IMG/VR virus record: IMGVR_UViG_3300034008_000127
Coordinates: 1 to 42,558 of that record
Origin: a virus
Lineage: Duplodnaviria; Caudoviricetes
Length of the DNA: 42,558 bases
Reading direction: 5' to 3' (one strand)
Part shown: piece by piece, positions 36,137 to 42,558 of the stretch
Numbering within the stretch: position 1 is the first letter of the stretch
Layout: every line of letters begins with the position of its first letter
Program-made: the position numbers and the translations under genes
The notes under the pieces: generated by a model
What the model was told of the DNA's origin: nothing
The model's database searches: none
The model's input: the letters and a program-made list of their open reading frames with translations, nothing else

Positions 36137-37182
36137 GCCGCCTCCATCCGCACGCCGCGGAGCTGGTCGTTGAAATCCTTGAACCCCGGCTGCGGCCAGG
36201 AGCAGAGCACCGACAGGCCGCGGTCCTGCAGCCGCCCGATCTGGCGCTCCAGCGCATGGTCCGCCGCGCTTCCCGGCTTGTCGTGCTGCCCGATGATGAC
36301 GACGTCGCTGACCGCGTCGGGCAGGCCGACGCCGCCGATATTGTCCAGGCTGGCCGCCGCGATCACGCGCATCGCCGGGTCCGCCATCGCCACGGTCAAC
36401 GCGTCCTCGATGCCCTCGGCGATCGCCACCGCCGTGCCCTCGGCGACGTCGCGCAGCGGCACCCGGCCGCTGTCACCCTTCCACAGCGCCATGTGCGCCC
36501 CGGCGAAGTCGCCCAGCACCATCTTGGCCTTCTCGACCCGCGCCTTGGTCCAGCCGCGCGGCCCGTATTCCAGATAGGTCCGGTGCGTGGCGACGTGCCG
36601 GCCGTCCAGCGCCGTCATCGCCGTCACCATCGCCGGAATCTTGCGGTCCAGCTCGGCGTTCCAGCAGTCGTGCCGGTATCGGATCGCACCTGGGAAGCGC
36701 CCCAGCGCCGCGAAGTCGATACCGCGCCCGCGGAGGTATGCCTCCGCCGGCGTGTCCTTCAGCAGTGCCGAATGGTGCCACAGCCCGAACGCCTTGGCGG
36801 ATCGCTTCTCGCTGTCCCGCAGCGCCGCCAGCCGCCGCTTCTCGCGCTGCAGCTCCCATCGGTGATCGCTCCGCGCGTTGCGGAAGTCGATGCCCGCATC
36901 AGCCTCCAGCAACTTCAGCGCGCCGATGAACGAGAGCCCCTTGCGCTGTTTCAGATACTCCAGGTGATCGCCCGCCGCGCCGCAGCTGAAGCATTTGTAA
37001 AGCTGCTTGCCGTCGTTGACCGAGAAACTGCCCACCCGCGCATCATGGTGGAACGGGCATAGCCCGACATGCTCCCGCCCCTTCTGCACCAGCGACACGT
37101 CCGCCCCGATCACGTCCGACAGGGGGATGCGCGCGCGGACCTGCTCGGCGCGCAACCGCAGCGCCTCTATGTCCACCGTCAT
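36133..37182 (-). CDS. DNA primase (CHC2 zinc finger plus Toprim)
   Basis: GLCPFH...CFSCGAAGD, YLRGRGI, HRTYL, IAEGIEDAL, KDFND. Confidence 0.9.
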   Translation of the reverse strand: MTVDIEALRLRAEQVRARIPLSDVIGADVSLVQKGREHVGLCPFHHDARVGSFSVNDGKQLYKCFSCGAAGDHLEYLKQRKGLSFIGALKLLEADAGIDFRNARSDHRWELQREKRRLAALRDSEKRSAKAFGLWHHSALLKDTPAEAYLRGRGIDFAALGRFPGAIRYRHDCWNAELDRKIPAMVTAMTALDGRHVATHRTYLEYGPRGWTKARVEKAKMVLGDFAGAHMALWKGDSGRVPLRDVAEGTAVAIAEGIEDALTVAMADPAMRVIAAASLDNIGGVGLPDAVSDVVIIGQHDKPGSAADHALERQIGRLQDRGLSVLCSWPQPGFKDFNDQLRGVRMEAA

Positions 37183-37217
37183 CGCGTTCCCCTTGCATTG
37201 TTGGACGCGGATCGCGA

Positions 37218-37232
37218 GAACGGATACAGAAC
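37218..37232 (-). promoter_or_regulatory. Alphaproteobacterial LexA box between cro and primase
   Basis: Plus strand GAACggatacaGAAC = minus strand GTTC-N7-GTTC; intergenic. Confidence 0.65.
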
Positions 37233-37263
37233 ATGGGCAAAGAGGAGTTGGATTATCATGGCG

Positions 37264-37557
37264 TTACGCCGCCTGACGCTTGGCCAGCGGGCATCCCGCA
37301 TGCTCGCAGTCGGCCACCTCATCCGCGAACCGCTGGCAGGCGAAGCACTGCGCGGGGGTGTGCCAGTCGGCGTAGGTGACGATGCCGGTGCCCACGATCG
37401 CGTTCATCGTCCGGGTGCGCGGCTTCTTGCCCTGTTCCTCCCAGCCGGTGACGGTGGCGGCCGGCGCGCCGAACGCCGCACCGAACTCGGCCCGCGACTG
37501 CTTGGGCGCCTGCGCTTCGCGGTGCTTGCGGATTTTATGGCCGGCCAAGGTGGTCAT
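37264..37557 (-). CDS. cro: Cro-like HTH regulator with C-terminal Cys cluster
   Basis: SRAEFGAAFGAPAATVTGWEEQGKKP HTH; divergent from the repressor; no SD before the ATG, so probably leaderless. Confidence 0.75.
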   Translation of the reverse strand: MTTLAGHKIRKHREAQAPKQSRAEFGAAFGAPAATVTGWEEQGKKPRTRTMNAIVGTGIVTYADWHTPAQCFACQRFADEVADCEHAGCPLAKRQAA

Positions 37558-37566
37558 CTTGACGTA

Positions 37567-37583
37567 TGTGCCAATCAGGAACA
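37567..37583. promoter_or_regulatory. Operator TGTGCC-AATCA-GGAACA in the cro/cI divergent promoter region
   Basis: Sits in the spacer of TTGACG (37559-37564) and overlaps the leftward promoter; a second variant is at 37610-37628. Confidence 0.65.
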
Positions 37584-37631
37584 TTTGCTGCAAGCCCATT
37601 GTTTCGCAATGTGCCAACAAGGGGAATACCG

Positions 37632-38021
37632 ATGACCGCGACGATCCTGCAATTCAGGGGCATGGCGACACCCCGGGAACAACTGCCCAACCGCATCCGC
37701 GAGCTGCGCGAGGCAAAGGACTGGACCCAGACCGATCTGGCCGAGCGGATGCGCAGCACCTACGCGACGATCGGCCGGTTCGAAACGGGCACGCGCCCGC
37801 TCAACGTCGACTGGATGCGCCGGTTCGCCAAGGCGCTGGACTGCTCGATCGGCGATCTGCTGCTGGAGAAGGACAATCCAAAGGGCCTGTCCGCCGACGA
37901 GCAGCGCCTGCTTGATCTGATCCGCGGCGCCGGCCCCGACGCCGCCCAGCGGATGGTCGGCGTTGCCGAGCTGACCCTGTCCTATCGCCCCGAACCGCAG
38001 GACCAGCGCCGCAGCGGCTGA
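37632..38021 (+). CDS. XRE-family prophage repressor (CI-like, no S24 peptidase domain)
   Basis: NRIRELREAKDWTQTDLAE...TIGRFETGTR...AKALDCSIGDLL; 129 aa; SD AAGGGG. Confidence 0.85.
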   Translation: MTATILQFRGMATPREQLPNRIRELREAKDWTQTDLAERMRSTYATIGRFETGTRPLNVDWMRRFAKALDCSIGDLLLEKDNPKGLSADEQRLLDLIRGAGPDAAQRMVGVAELTLSYRPEPQDQRRSG

Positions 38022-38048
38022 CCCGCGCGCCTCTCTCGCCGTCGTCAC

Positions 38049-38080
38049 GGGCCGCGTCGCACCAGCGCCGCGGCCCTTTT
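38049..38080 (+). terminator. Rho-independent terminator after the repressor
   Basis: GGGCCGCG/CGCGGCCC stem followed by TTTT. Confidence 0.65.
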
Positions 38081-38102
38081 CGTGTTCGCACGCCCGCACG
38101 AA

Positions 38103-38154
38103 TGTTCCACTGGAGGAACATTTGCCGCTTGCGCGAATGTTCCTATTTGGAATA
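38103..38154 (+). promoter_or_regulatory. Tandem operators and promoter of the rightward early operon
   Basis: TGTTCC-ACTGGA-GGAACA (38103-38120) and TGTTCC-TATTT-GGAATA (38138-38154); -35 TTGCGC at 38129. Confidence 0.7.
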
Positions 38155-38192
38155 TCTGCCGATCGCACCTTGTTCCACAGGAGGGCTGATCA

Positions 38193-38603
38193 ATGGCGAC
38201 GCTGCTTCACTTTCCCCCGAACCGGCCACCGGCGCGGCCGCCTGAGGCGCCCGCGACGACGGTCGCTTCGTCCGTTCCCGCGACCGGCGGCCGCCGCGGC
38301 GAATACGCGCTGGCCGACGTCGCACGGCCGCTCGGCCTGCTGCACCGCCCCGTCCGGTCGATCGTCGAAACGCTGCGCGTGCTCGCCCGTCACGAAGGCA
38401 TGCCGCTCCCGCGTTCGCCGCGTATCGTGAAGGGCAAGCCCCTGTCCGGCCCGCGCGCGATCTGCCGCGCCAGCCGCTGGGACGCCGGCGAATTCGACGC
38501 CTGGCTCGACGGGCGAGGCCCGGCCGCGCCGTCCGTCCCGCTGGCGCCGCCCGTTCGCCTCGACATGGCGAACCGTGCGGCCGCGATCGGGGCGGGCCGG
38601 TGA
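38193..38603 (+). CDS. AlpA/excisionase-like DNA-binding protein
   Basis: LADVARPLG...GMPLP...SRWDAGEFDAWLD winged-helix pattern; first gene of the operon ending in the integrase. Confidence 0.55.
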   Translation: MATLLHFPPNRPPARPPEAPATTVASSVPATGGRRGEYALADVARPLGLLHRPVRSIVETLRVLARHEGMPLPRSPRIVKGKPLSGPRAICRASRWDAGEFDAWLDGRGPAAPSVPLAPPVRLDMANRAAAIGAGR

Positions 38604-38697
38604 GCACCTTGTGCACCCTGGTCTTCGTCGGCGCCGGGCTGGCCGCGATCGCGGCAATGGCGACAACGCTTCACGAAGCGGGCGGGAGGGAGCGCCT

Positions 38698-38949
38698 GTG
38701 AGCCGCCCGAACCGCTGCGACGTCTGCACCCACCCGCGCCGCCGCTGGCAGCGGCTGTGCGAGGTGTGCTGGAACAACCTGCCCGGCGACATCCGCACCG
38801 CGATCACCGAAAGCCATCGCCAGGGCAAGCGGCTCGATCACCGTGCGGCCGTCAAGCGCGCCGCCGATCACCTGGCGGAGCGCGTCGCCCGGCACATGCG
38901 GCACCACCAGGCGCGCACCGCCGCCATGCTGGGGGAGCGCGACGGGTGA
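38698..38949 (+). CDS. Small zinc-binding protein
   Basis: CDVC...LCEVCWNNLP; GTG start. Confidence 0.6.
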   Translation: MSRPNRCDVCTHPRRRWQRLCEVCWNNLPGDIRTAITESHRQGKRLDHRAAVKRAADHLAERVARHMRHHQARTAAMLGERDG

Positions 38950-39188
38950 AGACGCTCGTCACCTCCCCCATCGAACGCCGCCGCCGCGACGAGCGCATCG
39001 CCCGGCTCGCGGCCGTTCCGCGCCCGACCGACGCCCAGATTGACGAGCTGCGCCGATTACGCATCGCGCGCGATCATTGGTGCCGCAGCCTTCCGCGGCG
39101 GGTGCGCGACGCGCGCTTCCGCCTGTCCTGCCTCCTGCGCGACGCCGAACGGTTCGGCGTCGACCTCGACCCGGAGATCGCCAGATGA
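38946..39188 (+). CDS. Hypothetical early protein
   Basis: GTGA/ATGA-coupled on both sides. Confidence 0.55.
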   Translation: MKTLVTSPIERRRRDERIARLAAVPRPTDAQIDELRRLRIARDHWCRSLPRRVRDARFRLSCLLRDAERFGVDLDPEIAR

Positions 39189-39664
39189 CCGTCGACCACT
39201 TACCGCAACCCGTCCTTTCGCCGCACAGCCTCCCCGCCTTGACCGGGATCGGCCTGTCGGACGTCCTCGCCGAGCGCGTACGCCAGATCGACGTGGACGG
39301 ATTCACGATCGACCGCGACCTGCGGCTCCACCCGTCCGAACTGGCGCTTGCCTCCGCCAGCTACGTCAACACCGCCGTCGACCAGCTGCACGGCCGCGAC
39401 TGGCCTCCGGCCAAGCATCCCGACACCTGGCCGTGGCAGCGCGAGGCATGGCGTCCCGGCGACGCCCGCGCCAACCTGGTCAAGGGCGCCGCGATCCTCC
39501 TCGCCGCCATCGACCGCATCGACCATGCGCCGCGCGACACGCTCGATCTACCCGGGGAGGACAAGACGTTCGAGCCCAGCGGCCGATGGTCGAGGGCTCT
39601 CGGCTGGGCCGCGCTGCTGACTGCGCTCCTGAGCATCGTCGCACTCGGATTCGTGCGGATATGA
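39185..39664 (+). CDS. Conserved phage protein with C-terminal TM helix
   Basis: VLAERVRQI..GFT..D...ELA.A..Y...WPW...W.P...R.NLVK.AA...A.IDR motif. Confidence 0.7.
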   Translation: MTVDHLPQPVLSPHSLPALTGIGLSDVLAERVRQIDVDGFTIDRDLRLHPSELALASASYVNTAVDQLHGRDWPPAKHPDTWPWQREAWRPGDARANLVKGAAILLAAIDRIDHAPRDTLDLPGEDKTFEPSGRWSRALGWAALLTALLSIVALGFVRI

Positions 39665-39800
39665 CCGGCTTCACCCAGCTATGCGACGCGATCGAGAGGC
39701 TCGGCCTGCTCACCGCCGAACTGGTCGATTACAGCGCGCTCGCCCAACTCGTCCAGGATCGCGGCCTCGCCGCGCGACGCGTGCTGCGGGGGGTCGCGTG

Positions 39801-40113
39801 ATGGGCCGCATGAGCAACTTAGTCGACAAGACGAAGGGCCGCGCAGCCGTTGCGGCCTATCTCCGCGATTATCCGGGCGACATCCCGATGTCCGATCTGC
39901 AGCTACGTGCGGTCGGCAACCGGCCTCGCGTTCGGAGGTCCAACGCTGGCGAGCTGGCTCAAAGACCTCGGCTACGTCCGCGAAGGCGAGCGCAAGATCA
40001 ACACTTGTCCGGGCAGGACCGTATTTTACGTACCGTCTCCAGCGCCGTCGCCTGTCACCTACGCCAGCGAGATCAACAAGGATAGCAACGCTCGCGAGGA
40101 GACGCCAGCATGA
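39801..40113 (+). pseudogene. Frameshifted hypothetical gene
   Basis: The frame starting MGRMSNL... turns Arg-rich after ~39899; the +1 frame continues SYVRSATGLAFGGPTLASWLKDLGY to an ATGA-coupled stop. Confidence 0.5.
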
Positions 40114-40523
40114 CGGATTTCACCCCTCCGGACATGCCGGACCGCCACCACATGGCGAATGTGCAGCGCCACGGCGGCGCTGTCTCGGCCGAGGTGGAAG
40201 CGCAGCAGCTGCTCTCCAACGCGGCCGCGATCATCGCCCGTTCGTTGAGCGACAGCATTGCCAGCCTCAGTTATCCCGTAGGCATGGGCCTGGCGCCCCA
40301 CCCGGACGCCTGCCGCGCCGCCGCCGACAAAATTACCGAGAAGTTCGCCGGTGCCGTGCTCGCCGCGATCGAGGGCGAGCGCGTTATCGCCGAAGCCGTC
40401 AAGCTCGACGGCGATTGGCGTGCCGCCGTGACCGCATTGCTTGCCGAACCGTCCTCCGCGGCGGCCGTGCAGCGGGGCTACGCGCTCCTCGCTGCAACAC
40501 CGATCGGCGTACCGACCGATTGA
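40110..40523 (+). CDS. Hypothetical early protein
   Basis: 137 aa; GAGGAG SD; ATGA-coupled. Confidence 0.6.
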   Translation: MTDFTPPDMPDRHHMANVQRHGGAVSAEVEAQQLLSNAAAIIARSLSDSIASLSYPVGMGLAPHPDACRAAADKITEKFAGAVLAAIEGERVIAEAVKLDGDWRAAVTALLAEPSSAAAVQRGYALLAATPIGVPTD

Positions 40524-40577
40524 CCCCACCGACCGCGCCGATAGTCTGCGCGCACCCGGCGAAAGGAGGCCGAACAC

Positions 40578-40835
40578 ATGCCCGACGACGACGCCACGAA
40601 GGAGCGCACCCGCCTGTTCCGGCGGTGGCTCCGCGCGATCGGCGACGACCTGGACGAGGCGCAGCGCCTCACCGGGGTCGGCCGGCGCAGCCTGGAGCGC
40701 ATGAAGGCGGGCGCTAAGCCCCCGCCGCTCCGCCTCCTCGAAGACCTTGCGACCGATGCGGCCGCCCGCGGCCGCGCCGATCTCGCCGGCGAGCTGGCCG
40801 CAGCAGCCACGCCATCGGAGGGCTCCCATGCCTAA
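40578..40835 (+). CDS. Small HTH-like protein upstream of the integrase
   Basis: DEAQRLTGVGRRSLERMKAG HTH-like; strong AGGAGG SD. Confidence 0.6.
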   Translation: MPDDDATKERTRLFRRWLRAIGDDLDEAQRLTGVGRRSLERMKAGAKPPPLRLLEDLATDAAARGRADLAGELAAAATPSEGSHA

Positions 40836-42075
40836 GAAACGCCAGATCCCGCGCCTGTTCGCGCAGACCCTCGCCGACCGCACGATCGTCTGGCACTGGA
40901 AGCCTAGCGCGAAACTGCGCAAGGCCGGGTTCGTCAACGTCAAGCTGGGCACCGATCAGCGCGCCGCGATCGCCGCCGCGATCGACCTGAACGATCGCGT
41001 CACGGCGTGGGATACGGGCGCCGAGTCGGGCGGAGAGGCGACACCCGTCATCCGCCACGCGCCCCGGATCGTCCGCTTCGCCGAGTTGGTGTCGCGCTAC
41101 CGACAAAGCATCGAGTTCACCGGGCTTCGGAAAAGAACCCGCGCCAATTACGACACGCGCCTGCGCCAGCTCGAACGCTGGGCGTTGGACGGCGCGCTGC
41201 CCGTTCGCGACATCGACAAGCCGCTGATCCGCGATCTGCGTGCCGGCCTGCTCCGGGGCAGCATCTTTCGCGCGGCCGCCACGCTGCGCGTGCTGCGCCT
41301 GCTGCTGCAATGGGCGGTCGACGAGGGCATCGTCAGCGTTAACCCCGCGGTGGCGATCGATATTCCGGACACCCCCGCGCGCAAGACGCGCATGGAGCTG
41401 GCTGTGCGCGAGGCGATCACCGAGGCCGCGATCGCGCTTGACGGGGAGGGCACGGCGGGTGTCGCGGACGCGGTCGAGCTGGCGCTGTGGATGCTCCAGC
41501 GCCAGGGCGACATCCTGCAGCTCAACCGTATGGCGTGGCGCGAGGTCCAGCAGGTGGACCCGCGCCACGCCGCCATCCTCGCCGATGCGCGCGGGCGCGT
41601 GATGGCGTTCCGGCTCTGCCAGCAAAAGACCGGCACCTGGATCGATGCACCGATCCCACCAGTGCTCCACGACCGGATCGAGGCGCGCTTCCGCGCCACC
41701 AAGGGGAGCTGGCTGTTCGCCCACCCCGACGATCCCGACGCGGCCATGCCGAGCTGGATGTTCCAGCGCCGCTTCAGGGCCGCGCGCGACGCAGCCGCCG
41801 ACGTCGCCATCATGCGCGGCGACATGGCGTTGGCCGAGGCGATCGACGCCGTCCAGTTCCGCGATCTGCGCCGCACCGGCATGATCGCCTATAAGGATGC
41901 GGGCGCGCGCACGCAGGACATCACGGCGCTCAGCGGCCACTACGTCATCGGCCACAAGACGATCCTCGACGTCTACATGCCGGGCGATACCGCCGGCGCC
42001 TGCGCCTGCGTGGCGGCAGGCTTGCAGGCGTGGCGAGAGCGTCAGGAACGATCGGATGTCGCACGTGCGACATAA
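40828..42075 (+). CDS. int: Tyrosine integrase
   Basis: Catalytic pattern QRQGDIL (R), QQKTG (K), FRDLRRT, SGH, DVY; GGAGG SD; adjacent to a tRNA. Confidence 0.92.
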   Translation: MPKKRQIPRLFAQTLADRTIVWHWKPSAKLRKAGFVNVKLGTDQRAAIAAAIDLNDRVTAWDTGAESGGEATPVIRHAPRIVRFAELVSRYRQSIEFTGLRKRTRANYDTRLRQLERWALDGALPVRDIDKPLIRDLRAGLLRGSIFRAAATLRVLRLLLQWAVDEGIVSVNPAVAIDIPDTPARKTRMELAVREAITEAAIALDGEGTAGVADAVELALWMLQRQGDILQLNRMAWREVQQVDPRHAAILADARGRVMAFRLCQQKTGTWIDAPIPPVLHDRIEARFRATKGSWLFAHPDDPDAAMPSWMFQRRFRAARDAAADVAIMRGDMALAEAIDAVQFRDLRRTGMIAYKDAGARTQDITALSGHYVIGHKTILDVYMPGDTAGACACVAAGLQAWRERQERSDVARAT

Positions 42076-42088
42076 TCTTGTCGCACGG
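42056..42088. repeat. Three TGTCGCAC copies: 18-bp perfect palindrome plus a third copy (candidate integrase arm-type sites)
   Basis: ATGTCGCACGTGCGACAT (42056-42073) and TGTCGCACGG (42079-42088). Confidence 0.6.
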
Positions 42089-42105
42089 CAACCCTCCGAC
42101 GAGGC

Positions 42106-42134
42106 TTGACCCCCGCATTTCCGCGGCCTAGAGC
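42106..42134 (+). promoter_or_regulatory. sigma70 promoter for tRNA-Gln
   Basis: TTGACC-17 bp-TAGAGC followed by a GC-rich discriminator, 11 bp before the tRNA. Confidence 0.7.
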
Positions 42135-42145
42135 GCGCCCGCTGT

Positions 42146-42219
42146 TGCCCGATCCTCTAACGGTAAGAGAGCGGACTCTGACTCCGTCAATCAAGGTTCG
42201 AATCCTTGTCGGGCATCCA
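42146..42219 (+). tRNA. tRNA-Gln(CTG)
   Basis: Cloverleaf: TGCCCGA/TCGGGCA acceptor, CTCT/AGAG D stem, GCGGA-CTCTGAC-TCCGT anticodon arm, CAAGG-TTCGAAT-CCTTG T arm, encoded CCA. Confidence 0.96.
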
Positions 42220-42303
42220 GCTCTCGGCTACCCGCCGTCTCCATCGCGTGTAGCGGAATAGCGATCTCGGACGTTGTGCTTCCTCACCACAGGGAGATCG
42301 ACC

Positions 42304-42558
42304 ATGAAGATCGTCAAGCTGCCGGTGGGCGAGCAGGCCCCCAAGGACAGCGACTGCATCAGCCTCCAGCACCTGCCCGACGGCACCGTCCGGCTCGAAG
42401 CCTCCGCCCTGATGAGCTGTGGCGACGGCGACGAGGCCGAATCGGTCGCGCTGGTCGATGGCGGAGCCTATCGCACAATCGAGGAGGCGGAGGCGGCGGG
42501 GATGGCCTGGGCGGAGGGGCATTGCGTAGAGCAGCTCTACGTCAGTACTGACGCCTGA
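42304..42558 (+). CDS. Hypothetical protein (probably host chromosome)
   Basis: 84 aa, GGGAG SD, downstream of the tRNA. Confidence 0.6.
   Translation: MKIVKLPVGEQAPKDSDCISLQHLPDGTVRLEASALMSCGDGDEAESVALVDGGAYRTIEEAEAAGMAWAEGHCVEQLYVSTDA

Larger units (their letters stand above)
1..42145. mobile_element. Temperate podovirus-like prophage (BPP-1/epsilon15-like), right end at tRNA-Gln; left end outside window
   Basis: Contiguous terminase-portal-scaffold-capsid-tail tube-internal virion-tailspike-lysis genes, cro/cI switch, primase/helicase, and a tyrosine integrase adjacent to a tRNA. No tape measure or sheath gene was seen. Confidence 0.93.

Noticed and set aside
41855-41880. Integrase HxxR motif reads RDLR (possible inactivation)
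   Set aside because: His substitution at this position occurs in many tyrosine recombinases, and the other catalytic residues are present.
42187-42522. Minus-strand ORF ending WMPDKDSNLD
   Set aside because: Antisense translation of the tRNA and the downstream gene.
1-42558. CRISPR array or other regularly spaced repeat array
   Set aside because: No regularly spaced direct-repeat array was found by eye; repeats seen are short and dispersed.

Overview
The window is almost entirely one temperate podovirus-type prophage (BPP-1/epsilon15-like head-tail architecture) in a high-GC alphaproteobacterium, probably Sphingomonas-like (inferred). On the minus strand (1-26.8 kb, read right to left) lie terS, terL, portal, scaffold, major capsid, tail tubular proteins A/B, internal virion proteins, a c4-antisense-RNA-controlled Bro-N antirepressor, a tailspike and a GH108 lysis cassette. 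A ~1.1 kb non-coding control region follows, then a rightward ArdC early operon, a leftward replication operon (primase, HslV-like Ntn hydrolase, thermonuclease, SF3-like helicase, DNA methyltransferase), a cro/cI switch with a repressor lacking a peptidase domain, a rightward early operon and a tyrosine integrase. The integrase abuts a complete tRNA-Gln(CTG) that points away from the prophage. The left prophage end is outside the window. The most interesting signals are regulatory. (i) Two perfect alphaproteobacterial LexA boxes are intergenic: one sits on a promoter for an unannotated leaderless 32-aa peptide plus a membrane protein, the other lies ahead of the primase. (ii) A TGT[T/G]CC-N5/6-GGAAYA operator family recurs across early and late promoters. 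(iii) The prophage appears to integrate at the 5' side of the tRNA and to supply its promoter. (iv) A TGTCGCAC motif is clustered both beside the integration site and upstream of the terminase. (v) The capsid leader is structured and sequesters its SD. (vi) An SD-in-loop intergenic cassette is repeated in the early operons. All product calls come from motif recognition and synteny; no database searches were run.
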